NCBI GenBank assembly: GCA_963847625.1
Contig: CAWKAR010000025.1
Location: forward strand, 119,926-183,925
Reading direction: 5' to 3'
DNA: 64,000 nucleotides
Source: a candidate division FCPU426 bacterium
GTDB taxonomy: Bacteria; Oederibacteriota; Muellerivitia; Muellerivitales; Muellerivitaceae
The notes beneath the pieces were generated by a model. It made no database searches. It saw only the letters and a program-made list of their open reading frames with translations, and was not told the DNA's origin. Numbering within the stretch: the stretch's first letter is position 1; every line of letters starts with the position of its first letter. Of the stretch, positions 46,235 to 55,568 are shown piece after piece. The position numbers were made by a program, and so were the translations under genes.

Positions 46235-47701
46235 TCAGAATTTGTCATTTGATAAACGCACGCAGTTTTTTCCATTCGCTTTGGCCTGATAAAGTGCTTG
46301 GTCAGCGGGGCGAATGAAGGATTCCACGTCTTTGTAAGATGAGGTTAGCTCGGCCACTCCGATGCTAACCGTGATGTGGGTTGTCTGACCAGCCGCAATG
46401 ATTTCCTGCTCAGCAACTTTTTCTCGAATCCTTTCAGCAACCGTTTTTGCCCCAATTCCGGGAGTTTTTAACAAAAGGACGGAGAATTCCTCCCCCCCAT
46501 AACGGGCTACTAAATCAACCGTCCTTACGGTTTCTTTCAATACTTGGGCCACTACCTTTAAAACACGGTCACCCACCAAGTGTCCATAGCGGTCGTTGTA
46601 GCTTTTAAAATCATCAACATCAATCATCAATAAACTCAAGGGTAGATTGTGTTCCAAAGCGCGAAAAACCTCATCCCGAACTCTTTCTTTGTAATAGCGC
46701 TGGACATAAAGGCCAGTCAATCCATCGGTAATAGCCAATTCAATCGTTTGGCGGTATAGGGCCACATGTTCCAAGGCAACGGTCCCGAGATCTGCAAAAT
46801 TGGATAAAAGCCTTGCATCATCTTGCCGAAAGACGCCCCCAAAACAGCTTTCCATCCGAATGAGTCCTAATATCTCATTACCAGCCATAAGTGGCGCCGA
46901 GACTAGGCTCCGAACTCCGCTTTCTGTGATCGTATTCTGAAAGCGGAAATCATTAGACGTGTCGCTTACAAAAAGAGGCTTGAACTGGGCAACCACCCAA
47001 GCATTGAAAGCCTCATTTGGATTCAATCTTTCTCGGTTCAACCGAACATCCATTTCGGTATCCACGCTGTAACGTACGGCATGAAGAGATTTGCCGATGC
47101 TACTATCAAATAGAAGAAGGGTATAAACACCACCTGGTGCCATAAAGGTTTTCGAAATTGTTTCAATTAAGAGAATAACCACATCCTGGGTTTTGAAAAC
47201 CATCGCAAGACTTCGCGCCAGTTCATTGAGCGCGGTATAGCGTTGGATCTTGATTTGGTTGGCTTGGTAAGCAACTTTCACTTTTTCATGCGACAAACGA
47301 GTGTCAGTGGTATTTAATTCCAAATCGTCCATTGATTTCAAAAAATGGAATTCTTGATTTTCCTTTTCGCGTATCCAGTAATACCAATAAATAAAATTAG
47401 TTACCACACTCAGGATTAAAACCGTCAGAATCCAAGCGGGCGCGGAAATCGAGGTTAAGGCGTAGAGAAAAAAAAGAATCGTGAAAACCGTCAAAAAGGC
47501 GGTAACGGCCAAATTAAGGGTCACAGCTGAAAGTGTCAAGGGAACGTAAAATAAGAGCAAGACGGAAAAAGGATTGCCTTTATGTTGAAAAGTTAGATAA
47601 CTGACTAAACCGGCCAGAAAATACGAACCTATTATCAAGGCCCATTTCCGAGAAACATTTAAGCGCTGGATAAAAGAAAATAAATCTTTTGATTCTATCA
47701 T
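46235..47701 (-). CDS. Membrane-anchored GAF-GGDEF diguanylate cyclase
   Basis: N-terminal TMs, GAF-like region, TDGLTGL, DVDDFK..ND.YGH..GD, RTVD I-site, RYGGEEF. Confidence 0.92.
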   Translation of the reverse strand: MIESKDLFSFIQRLNVSRKWALIIGSYFLAGLVSYLTFQHKGNPFSVLLLFYVPLTLSAVTLNLAVTAFLTVFTILFFLYALTSISAPAWILTVLILSVVTNFIYWYYWIREKENQEFHFLKSMDDLELNTTDTRLSHEKVKVAYQANQIKIQRYTALNELARSLAMVFKTQDVVILLIETISKTFMAPGGVYTLLLFDSSIGKSLHAVRYSVDTEMDVRLNRERLNPNEAFNAWVVAQFKPLFVSDTSNDFRFQNTITESGVRSLVSAPLMAGNEILGLIRMESCFGGVFRQDDARLLSNFADLGTVALEHVALYRQTIELAITDGLTGLYVQRYYKERVRDEVFRALEHNLPLSLLMIDVDDFKSYNDRYGHLVGDRVLKVVAQVLKETVRTVDLVARYGGEEFSVLLLKTPGIGAKTVAERIREKVAEQEIIAAGQTTHITVSIGVAELTSSYKDVESFIRPADQALYQAKANGKNCVRLSNDKF

Positions 47702-48420
47702 TTTTTTCCGAAAGTTTTCCGCGTGGTTAAATCCCCGAAAGTAAATTCCTGTTTTTTACGCTTCCAGATCAATTCAAACCATTGGTTTATTGAATATTTT
47801 AAATCATTCCGGGAGCCGTTGTTAAAAATCACCCAGTCTGCCTTATTATTTTTCTGATTTTGGGTCCATTGAAATTGCTCTCTCTTCTTCATTTCATGAA
47901 CAGCTATACCACTCTTGAAAAGACGTTTATACCGAATGCGTGGAGAGGTAGAAACGCTTAAAATCCCGTCAAAAAACCTTTCAAATCCGCTTTCAAACAA
48001 AAGGGGGACTTCTACGACTGCAAAAGTAGGCTTACGATTTCTCCGCCCTAAATCTTTAACCCAATCAGCAACTTTTCCCATAATCATGGGATGCAATAGA
48101 TCATTCAAAATTCGGAGTTTATTTGGTTTATGAAAGACAAACTGAGCTAGTTGGCGCCGATCAATTTTACGATGGGAATCTAGTATACCCTCTCCAAATC
48201 GCTTACTGAGTTGTTTTGTTATTTTTACTTCTTTTAAAAAATCGTGGCTAATCCTATCTGTTTGAAGGGTTGGTATTCCTTTAGCCCGGATCAGGCTCAA
48301 CACAAGGCTTTTCCCCGCCCCCAAGCCTCCAGTCAATCCGATGAGGTGGGGTATATTTCTCGGTTTTCGGGGACTCGACATCAGCCGAGATACTAGTTTT
48401 GGATTTTTTCGGTAGTTCAT
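47698..48420 (-). CDS. coaE: Dephospho-CoA kinase
   Basis: IGLTGGLGAGKS, IDR..LA..VF, LHP, EVPLLFE; exact start uncertain. Confidence 0.9.
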   Translation of the reverse strand: MNYRKNPKLVSRLMSSPRKPRNIPHLIGLTGGLGAGKSLVLSLIRAKGIPTLQTDRISHDFLKEVKITKQLSKRFGEGILDSHRKIDRRQLAQFVFHKPNKLRILNDLLHPMIMGKVADWVKDLGRRNRKPTFAVVEVPLLFESGFERFFDGILSVSTSPRIRYKRLFKSGIAVHEMKKREQFQWTQNQKNNKADWVIFNNGSRNDLKYSINQWFELIWKRKKQEFTFGDLTTRKTFGKK

Positions 48421-48742
48421 TTTCAGATTGATTTTCGCCCTTCAGAAGCTGAAGAAAATTTTCCGTAAGGAGTGAGCAACCCGATCTCGATAAAATAATA
48501 ATCCCATTTTAAATCTTTTCTTCTACCCTTCGCTTCCTTTTAAGGGTTTGCCAATCTAGGGGCATCCTATGACAAAAATTATTAATATACTGGGACAATT
48601 GCATTCCTAATTCAAACTATTGAAGTCCCAAAATGGATTTAAAATATTCCAAGGGAAAATGCCAGTAAATGGCATAATCTTCTTTACTAGAATAATACCT
48701 TGAAAGGTTAAGAAAAAAAATAAAACACGACGGGTAGGTGGT

Positions 48743-49282
48743 TTATCGCGAGGTCATCAAAACCAAAGATTCAACAGATCTTTGGATTTCAGAAAGGTCA
48801 AAAGGCTTTAAAACAACCGTGAGAGGGCCAAGTTTCATGGCTTCCACTAGGAGTTCACTGTCCGGGTAGGCTGTAACAATTACGACGAGGGACCTTAAAT
48901 TAAGTTTTTTTATTTCCTTGAAAACATCAACCCCGTTCATTCCGGGCATTTTAAGGTCCAGAAAAATGAAATCGTAGAAAATCCTGGAGGCGGCGGCGAT
49001 GGCCTCCTGGCCTGAATGGGCCATATCCACTGAATAATTCTTTTTGTCCAACGCTTTCAAAAAAAGTTCACAAATGGCCGTTTCATCATCCACGACCAAA
49101 ACTTTCTTGGGGGTCAGCCCGGCCCCTTTCTCGAGCCAGCGGTCGATCAATTCTTTTTTAAAACGCCATTCGCTTCCGATTTTAAAGGAGGGAATCACAC
49201 CCTGCTGTGCCAACTTATATATCGTAGTCGTCGTTATTTTTAGATAAGCGGATAATTCCTGGGCCGTTATGATTTCATTCAT
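48743..49282 (-). CDS. Response regulator with N-terminal excisionase-like HTH and C-terminal receiver domain
   Basis: TIYKLAQQG.IPSFKIG..WRF HTH; VLVVDD, FLDLKMPGMNG, TAY, KPF receiver motifs. Confidence 0.88.
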   Translation of the reverse strand: MNEIITAQELSAYLKITTTTIYKLAQQGVIPSFKIGSEWRFKKELIDRWLEKGAGLTPKKVLVVDDETAICELFLKALDKKNYSVDMAHSGQEAIAAASRIFYDFIFLDLKMPGMNGVDVFKEIKKLNLRSLVVIVTAYPDSELLVEAMKLGPLTVVLKPFDLSEIQRSVESLVLMTSR

Positions 49283-49610
49283 ACTTCACTCTTTCGTTTT
49301 GATTAAAAGGAAAACCTTCTATACCAACTTTACCTTTCCATAAAAGGATTATAACTCAAATCCATTTAATTCTTCCGAAATCAACCTAATTCCGGGAAAT
49401 ATAAATAGTTTTGGCAAATTTCAATTTAAGTAATGTCAGTAATTTCCACTCCCCAACGTTTTACCAAGAAATATTTTACGAAGCAATTTCAAGAAAAATC
49501 TTATGTGCTTCTCAAAATAGCTTATATGAATTAGGCGGGGTTGAAATATTAGGCAATACGAATAGTTATTTTAAAAAGAAAAGATCTTTAAATAATTTCA
49601 CAACTCGATA

Positions 49611-49946
49611 TTATCCGCCTTGTTTTTGAACAGTATCGATGTATGCCCGATCGACTTCAATCTTGCTGTTTTCATTGATTTTAAGGATCAGGATCTTTTC
49701 TCTTATATCTGCAACAGTGGCGTAAATACCGCCACGGGTCAAGACTCGGTCGCCGCGTTGAATATTGTTAAGCATTTCCTCGCGTTTTTTCCGTTCCTTA
49801 GTCTGGGGATGGATCATAAGGAAATAAAACAAAACCATTATCAGGATGATCGGGAAAAAAGCTCCCAAACCAGCAGTTGAGAACGCGCCTCCAGGAGTCG
49901 CGGTTCCCGTCGTTGAAGTCGTTTGAGCATAAGCCGAATCAATCAT
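49611..49946 (-). CDS. yajC: Preprotein translocase subunit YajC
   Basis: FYFLMI.PQ.K..K, GD.V.TRGGI. Confidence 0.92.
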   Translation of the reverse strand: MIDSAYAQTTSTTGTATPGGAFSTAGLGAFFPIILIMVLFYFLMIHPQTKERKKREEMLNNIQRGDRVLTRGGIYATVADIREKILILKINENSKIEVDRAYIDTVQKQGG

Positions 49947-50267
49947 TTTTCACCTCAATGGAATGGATTAAACCAGCTATAAAAAGCCTCAAAACCCTGA
50001 TCAATATAAATTTAAAGCCTAAAAGCAATCTAATACAAATATTTGCAAACGTTAAGCCCACCATGTAAATAGAATGTGGATTTGACAACATCATAACTCA
50101 TGGCCGACGCCTTTACGATGCTAACCTATAACGAAGTTTCCCTCCAGTCTTGGAAGCCATTTCGTTACGATGGTTGATTTTTTTAATTTTTTGAATAAAC
50201 TATGCCACTACTATTGAAATAAGGTTTTCACATTTAATCGGTTTAAAAATGTTTACGGAGTTTCACC

Positions 50268-50579
50268 ATGAAACCGGGAATACATCCCAAGTACTATAAG
50301 ACTAAGATCTCATGCGCGTGTGGCAATGTCATTGAAACGGCCTCCACCAAGGGCGAAGCTTATTCCGTTGAGGTTTGTTCTGCTTGCCATCCTTTTTTCA
50401 CCGGGAAGATGAAATATCTCGACATTGCCGGCCGTGTTGAAAAATTCCAAAAAAAGACCGCCACCGCCGCGACTGTTCAAGCCGAAACCAAAGCACGCGA
50501 GGAAGCGAAAGCTGTTGCAGCCGCGGCGAAGAAATCCAAAAGGTTGGCCGCCCCCCCTCCCGCCGATAGAAATTCATAG
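50268..50579 (+). CDS. rpmE: 50S ribosomal protein L31 (Zn-binding type) with Ala/Lys-rich tail
   Basis: [29 protein letters not shown]. Confidence 0.96.
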   Translation: MKPGIHPKYYKTKISCACGNVIETASTKGEAYSVEVCSACHPFFTGKMKYLDIAGRVEKFQKKTATAATVQAETKAREEAKAVAAAAKKSKRLAAPPPADRNS

Positions 50580-50595
50580 CTCATTTTATCAATAT

Positions 50596-50627
50596 AAAAA
50601 AGTTCCAAACATCCTTGGGACTTTTTT
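50596..50627 (+). terminator. Putative intrinsic terminator after rpmE
   Basis: AAAAAAGTTCCAA...TTGGGACTTTTTT hairpin with T tail. Confidence 0.55.
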
Positions 50628-50675
50628 ATTTAGCTATTTCCCGTGGAAACAATCCATTTCTAACAGGCTTATAAA

Positions 50676-51743
50676 ATGATTGAAATAAAATTAAAAAAAG
50701 CGGAACAACGTTACCTGGAATTGTCCGGACAACTAACGAATCAGACTTATAAATCCAATTCCAAGGAATTCCAACAACTAACAAAAGAATATTCTGATTT
50801 GGGACCCTTGATAGAAAAAATCAAGGAATACCGAAAGGCACAACAGGAAATTGAGGATGCACGCCTTTTAATATCAGGAAACGATTCTGAAATGAAATCA
50901 CTCGCTCAAAAAGAATTGTCCGATTTAGACAATAGAATAAAACATATAGAAAGCGAATTAAAACTCCTACTGGCTCCCAAGGATCCTGCAGGCGAAAAAA
51001 ATGCCATTATGGAAATAAGGGCAGGTACCGGAGGCGAAGAGGCGGCTTTGTTCGCGGCTGATTTATTCAGGATGTATTCTAAATACATAGAAAAAATCGG
51101 CATGAAAACCGAACTTATTTCCGCCAGTCCGACCGAAATCGGCGGATTTAAAGAAATCATTTTTTCAATCATCGGAAAAGGCGCTTATGCCCTTTTTCGC
51201 TTTGAAAGCGGCACCCATCGGGTCCAGAGGATTCCCCGGACGGAAACTTCGGGAAGAATCCACACTTCCGCCGCCACGGTCGCTGTTTTGCCTGAAGTGA
51301 CTGAGGAAGAAGTCCAAATCAAGGATTCGGACCTTCGGATCGACACCTTTTGTTCCTCGAGCGCTGGCGGCCAAAGCGTCAATACCACCTATTCGGCCGT
51401 TCGCATTACCCATATCCCGACGGGACTGGTGGTTCAATGCCAGGATGAGCGCTCCCAATTGAAAAATAAATCAAAGGCCATGAAGGTTCTTTATGCGCGG
51501 TTGACGGAAAAAAAGGAAAGAGAATCACAGGAAAAAATCTCAAGTAATAGAAAAAGCCAAATTGGAAGCGGCGATCGCAGTGAAAAAATCCGGACTTATA
51601 ACTTCTCCCAAAACCGTGTTTCAGACCATCGAATCGGCTTGACGCTTTATCAACTGGATAAAATATTGGACGGAGAAATTACCGAATTAATCGATGCATT
51701 AAGCCTTGCCTATCAGGAAGAACTATCGGGTGACGCAGATTAA
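50676..51743 (+). CDS. prfA: Peptide chain release factor 1
   Basis: EIRAGTGGEEAALF, PRT (PxT) motif, GGQ, RTYNF. Confidence 0.96.
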   Translation: MIEIKLKKAEQRYLELSGQLTNQTYKSNSKEFQQLTKEYSDLGPLIEKIKEYRKAQQEIEDARLLISGNDSEMKSLAQKELSDLDNRIKHIESELKLLLAPKDPAGEKNAIMEIRAGTGGEEAALFAADLFRMYSKYIEKIGMKTELISASPTEIGGFKEIIFSIIGKGAYALFRFESGTHRVQRIPRTETSGRIHTSAATVAVLPEVTEEEVQIKDSDLRIDTFCSSSAGGQSVNTTYSAVRITHIPTGLVVQCQDERSQLKNKSKAMKVLYARLTEKKERESQEKISSNRKSQIGSGDRSEKIRTYNFSQNRVSDHRIGLTLYQLDKILDGEITELIDALSLAYQEELSGDAD

Positions 51744-51770
51744 GTATTAGAATATTTTCATCGAGAGATT

Positions 51771-52634
51771 ATGGAAAAAGAAAATTGGACACCTCTCAAA
51801 ATCATCCAATGGGCTGTCCCTTATTTAAAACAAAAAGGGTTTGAAAACGCCCGGTTTGACGCGGAATGTTTGGTGGCTTACGCTTTAGGGCTCGACCGTT
51901 TAAAGGTGTACCTTCAATTTGACCGGCCATTGATACCATCCGAACTTTCTACAATCCGTGAATTAATAAAACGGCGGTCAAGCCATGAACCGCTTCAATA
52001 CATCACCGGAAATAGAGAATTTTTCGGGCTAAATTTTAAAGTTACTCCTTCCGTTCTCATTCCAAGGCCTGAAACCGAAATTCTGGTTGAAAACGTCATT
52101 AAATATTTGGAAAAAATTCCAGAGGAGGAACGCACAGTCCTTGATCTGGGAACAGGAAGTGGTTGTATCGGCATTTCCATAGCGAAATCGGTAAAATGCC
52201 AAATTTGGGCGGTCGATATATCGGAAGAAGCTTTGGAAGTCGCCAAAGAAAATGGCGCTAAATTGGAAACGCCTCATATTCGTTGGAGAAAAGGCTCTTG
52301 GTTTACCGCATTGGAAAAAGATGATCCGAAACAATTTAAGGTTGTTGTCAGCAACCCTCCCTATATCGCGGAGAATGAAAGAAAGGATTTACCATCCGAA
52401 GTTGCTAATTTTGAGCCTGACGTGGCTCTGTTCGCCGGCTCAGATGGCATGAATGCTTATAAAGAATTGAAAGAAGACATCTGGAATTGGTTAACCCCTA
52501 AAGGGGTTGCGTTTTTGGAGTTGCATTCAAAGCAAGTAAATTTGATAACTTCGCTTTTTGAAGAATTCGATTTTAAAAAAGCTCTCATACCGGATCTCCA
52601 GGGATTGGAGAGAGTATTAATATTGGAAAAATAG
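51771..52634 (+). CDS. prmC: Release factor glutamine methyltransferase
   Basis: EPLQYI.G, VLIPRPETE, DLGTGSG, SNPPYI. Confidence 0.95.
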   Translation: MEKENWTPLKIIQWAVPYLKQKGFENARFDAECLVAYALGLDRLKVYLQFDRPLIPSELSTIRELIKRRSSHEPLQYITGNREFFGLNFKVTPSVLIPRPETEILVENVIKYLEKIPEEERTVLDLGTGSGCIGISIAKSVKCQIWAVDISEEALEVAKENGAKLETPHIRWRKGSWFTALEKDDPKQFKVVVSNPPYIAENERKDLPSEVANFEPDVALFAGSDGMNAYKELKEDIWNWLTPKGVAFLELHSKQVNLITSLFEEFDFKKALIPDLQGLERVLILEK

Positions 52635-52721
52635 TACCAGTTCAGTCTCTTGCCAACAAAAGACAGGAAAATCAGCCTTGGGCAAAAGTGATTTTTTGGG
52701 ACGCGTCTGCACCTTTTTGTT

Positions 52722-53537
52722 TTAACGTTCGCCCAACACTCCGCATCGAATTTCGGTCATCTTATCCTGGCGGTTGAATAAAACCTCGATACGGTCGTCG
52801 AAATTCAACCCGCGGTTATGAGTATAGTTCAGGACCTTTAGCTTGTCCCTCTCGCCCTGCCCATCATATTTGAAATACAAATTCGGAAAACCGTTCCTCA
52901 CATCCCCGCTGGAGGAATCGAATGTAACATTTCCGGTAGTCAAAAACCGCAAGTCTCCGGCTTTTTTAGGTTGGGACAAGGCGAAAATTCCCCGTTCATG
53001 TCCGTCATATTTCAACAAGGTCAGGTTTTGGTAAGTGTAAAGCCGTCTCGCGAGGCCCCCCGGATTGTACTCATAAACCTTTTTAGACATCTTCCAACCC
53101 TGGTCCGAAACCAGGTTGTTCACTTCGTGGATGCCGTAACGCACCCCCTTGAACCAGACTTCGCTGTTGACCAAATCCAAGACTAGGAGGTCATCCTTGT
53201 CCTTGTTTTCCTTGGCCAGGACCTCAGCTTTTTTCGACTCGTCATTTTGAAAAGTGGCCGCTTCAGCCTTGTCACTTTTGTCTTTTTTAAGGGGTAGAGG
53301 CGTCGGGGCTTGGGTGGCCTGGGTCTTGAGCTGGTTGAGCTCCAATTGGAGTTTTTCGTTTTCCAGCTCGAGGCGCTCTAATTCGAGTTTTTGTTTTTGG
53401 GTTAAAAACGAGGATTGATCCGATTCCGTGTTAGAAGAGGATGTGGAAACAGGTGTAGATATTTCCTTGCCATATACGGCTAAAAAAGGTAATAAAACTA
53501 AGCAGATTAAGAAAGTTGAGAAAAGAGGCTGTTTCAT
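52722..53537 (-). CDS. Hypothetical exported protein with coiled coil
   Basis: Signal-peptide-like MKQPLFSTFLICLVLLPFLAVYG, then LELERLELENEKLQLELNQLK; start chosen by inference. Confidence 0.7.
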   Translation of the reverse strand: MKQPLFSTFLICLVLLPFLAVYGKEISTPVSTSSSNTESDQSSFLTQKQKLELERLELENEKLQLELNQLKTQATQAPTPLPLKKDKSDKAEAATFQNDESKKAEVLAKENKDKDDLLVLDLVNSEVWFKGVRYGIHEVNNLVSDQGWKMSKKVYEYNPGGLARRLYTYQNLTLLKYDGHERGIFALSQPKKAGDLRFLTTGNVTFDSSSGDVRNGFPNLYFKYDGQGERDKLKVLNYTHNRGLNFDDRIEVLFNRQDKMTEIRCGVLGER

Positions 53538-53617
53538 TCCATTAAACTCCGAATGCTTTGATAACAACTCAAGGATGAGACAATCCTAATGGAATGCCCC
53601 GGAATAGGCAATTGGGT

Positions 53618-53657
53618 AAAAAAAAAGCCCTTCTCCCTAAAGGGAGAAGGGCTTTTT
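53618..53657 (-). terminator. Strong, probably bidirectional, intrinsic terminator downstream of the beta-barrel gene
   Basis: A-run GCCCTTCTCCCT AA AGGGAGAAGGGC T-run. Confidence 0.85.
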
Positions 53658-53666
53658 CAAACAAAT

Positions 53667-54992
53667 TTAGAACTTGTATCTCAAATCAGCCTGCACCATT
53701 TCAACAATGGGAGTTCCACTTCCATCAGGGGTGTTGGTTCCATAAAATACTCCCCCTAAATTCGGTTCGCTGATCAGGTACTCCAACGAGGTGACTGAAA
53801 GCTGGGTATCCAGCGTCCAGTTTTGGACATTGAAACCGAAGCCCGTACTGAATACCGACTCATTACCTATGGCAGAGTCGGCCTGCCCCGCGGTATGAGT
53901 TCCGCCGTTGTTTATGTATTCCCAAGCAACGATCGGCTTCATGATACCGGCGCGCCAAGTCAGCCAGCCGGCAATCGGCGTTTCAGCGCAGATATTCCCC
54001 AAAACACGCCAATCATTCCTTTGGTAGTTGGCATTCCCGCCAGTGTCGGTGGTGAGAGCATATCCCAACCATCCAAACATCAATCCGGCTGAAACCAATC
54101 CCTTGCCGCCGGTGACTTTGTGGTTCATGCCAAGATTCACAACAACCGCCGTAACGGCTTGGTTTTCAGCGGCAGACTCAACACCTTTTCCGGCCGGCTT
54201 GTTATAGCTAGCATACCCAAACTGGTCGGCTTGCAGATCAAGCCCCAACTTCAAGACATCATCCGAGCTGAGGTCGCTTTGCAACAAGGTGCCTAATTTC
54301 CACTCCCAAATGCCATTGCCGGTCCTAGACGTTAACCCAGCCTCGTTGTCGTAGCCGCCAACCTGGCCGTTCAGGTGAAAATTAGCCTGGTTGAAGGGTC
54401 CCATGCTGGTTCCCAAACCGACATTGACACCGATCAATTGGGTACTATCATTCAGGTCAGCGACATGATCGTTATCGGCGTAATTGACTTGGATTCCCAA
54501 GTCCCCGGCCGAAACGTTCTTGGCCCAGAAAAGGTCAAATTTATTCTTAGGCGCCGGCGTAGGAGCAGTGCCAGCGTTCCTAGCTAGCATCCAGGGATTG
54601 GACCAAGCCATACCATACAATCCAGAAACGTTTGTTCCGGCAACTGGTATCCAATAAGGCTCAAAGCCGCTGTATAACTGTGCGATATTCATCGGCCGGT
54701 TTAAATAGAGCCCCAAGACACCGCTATCAACCGTGTCCTTGAGGATACCGCCCCATTCAGCCATGCCGTCTCCCCAAGTATTGCTGGTACCATTATTGGC
54801 GATACCGTTCATACGGAAATCCACCGTATCCTTATATTCCAGGACCTTATTCGGATACATCCAGATGATATCCAGGTCCTCGACCTGCCTGACGTCGGCG
54901 GACATGGAATCCAAACGGGCATCGGCGGAAACCTTCACCGCAAACCCGAAGGCCATGATGCCGGACAACAGCATTAATAGTACTCTCTTCAT
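53667..54992 (-). CDS. Putative outer-membrane beta-barrel/porin
   Basis: TAAGGAG RBS, signal peptide MKRVLLMLL...VSA, Gly/Asn/aromatic-rich amphipathic strands, C-terminal LRYKF BAM-type signal. Confidence 0.75.
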   Translation of the reverse strand: MKRVLLMLLSGIMAFGFAVKVSADARLDSMSADVRQVEDLDIIWMYPNKVLEYKDTVDFRMNGIANNGTSNTWGDGMAEWGGILKDTVDSGVLGLYLNRPMNIAQLYSGFEPYWIPVAGTNVSGLYGMAWSNPWMLARNAGTAPTPAPKNKFDLFWAKNVSAGDLGIQVNYADNDHVADLNDSTQLIGVNVGLGTSMGPFNQANFHLNGQVGGYDNEAGLTSRTGNGIWEWKLGTLLQSDLSSDDVLKLGLDLQADQFGYASYNKPAGKGVESAAENQAVTAVVVNLGMNHKVTGGKGLVSAGLMFGWLGYALTTDTGGNANYQRNDWRVLGNICAETPIAGWLTWRAGIMKPIVAWEYINNGGTHTAGQADSAIGNESVFSTGFGFNVQNWTLDTQLSVTSLEYLISEPNLGGVFYGTNTPDGSGTPIVEMVQADLRYKF

Positions 54993-54994
54993 TC

Positions 54995-55325
54995 TCTCTC
55001 TCCTTATCGCTTTTTTTAAGGCCGCCGTCCTCAGGGAGGACCTTGACCTTCCCTCTTTTGGGTCTGCACTCCTCAGGGAAGAGTGCCACACCCGACCAAC
55101 GAACTTCATGGAAGCTGTACAACCGCTCCCGCACTACAGAAGAACTATACGAGCGTGGGCCACTTCCCAAAAAAGTGCCACCCTCGACAAATTCCTCGAC
55201 GGCCAAACGGTTGTGGTCACAATCCGCTTGGGTCGAAGATCATAGGTCCCAATCAACGAAACCTATGGCTTTTTCCCCTCTCCGAGCCATATTTGCCTTG
55301 ATAAACCCGGAGAACTCTTATAATT
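54995..55325 (-). ncRNA. Candidate structured 5' leader RNA (about 330 nt)
   Basis: At least 6 hand-foldable hairpins between the promoter and the RBS; no known family recognised. Confidence 0.5.
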
Positions 55326-55331
55326 GGCCCG

Positions 55332-55360
55332 AATATAAGGATTGTGACGGCCACTGTCAA
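55332..55360 (-). promoter_or_regulatory. Near-consensus sigma70 promoter of the beta-barrel gene
   Basis: Minus strand TTGACA-17 nt-TATATT. Confidence 0.75.
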
Positions 55361-55568
55361 GATGAAAAAGCTTTTTTAAGATCAAGTACCCCCATAGGCT
55401 GTGGGTCAGAAGCCTAAAGCTTTCAAAATATGGGGTTTTTTTGAAAAAAGACCCTATTTAAAGGAAAATCAAAAACCATTAAAATCAGGGTTTTAGCCTG
55501 TCGTATCAATGAAGTATTTAAACAAAAAGTAAGGAAGGAAAGTTGGAAAAGTGGCTTAAACGGCCCTT

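Noticed and set aside
49939..50094. Possible ~51-aa hydrophobic ORF upstream of yajC
   Set aside because: No clear RBS or recognisable motif; cannot be supported from sequence alone.
54993..55109. 39-aa N-terminal extension of the beta-barrel ORF given in the ORF track
   Set aside because: The RBS and signal peptide point to the ATG at 54992; the extension lies in the hairpin-rich leader.
55250..55300. c-di-GMP-I riboswitch (GGCAAA start) in the beta-barrel leader
   Set aside because: No GNRA tetraloop and no following GACGCAAAGC-like segment; kept only as an unknown structured leader.
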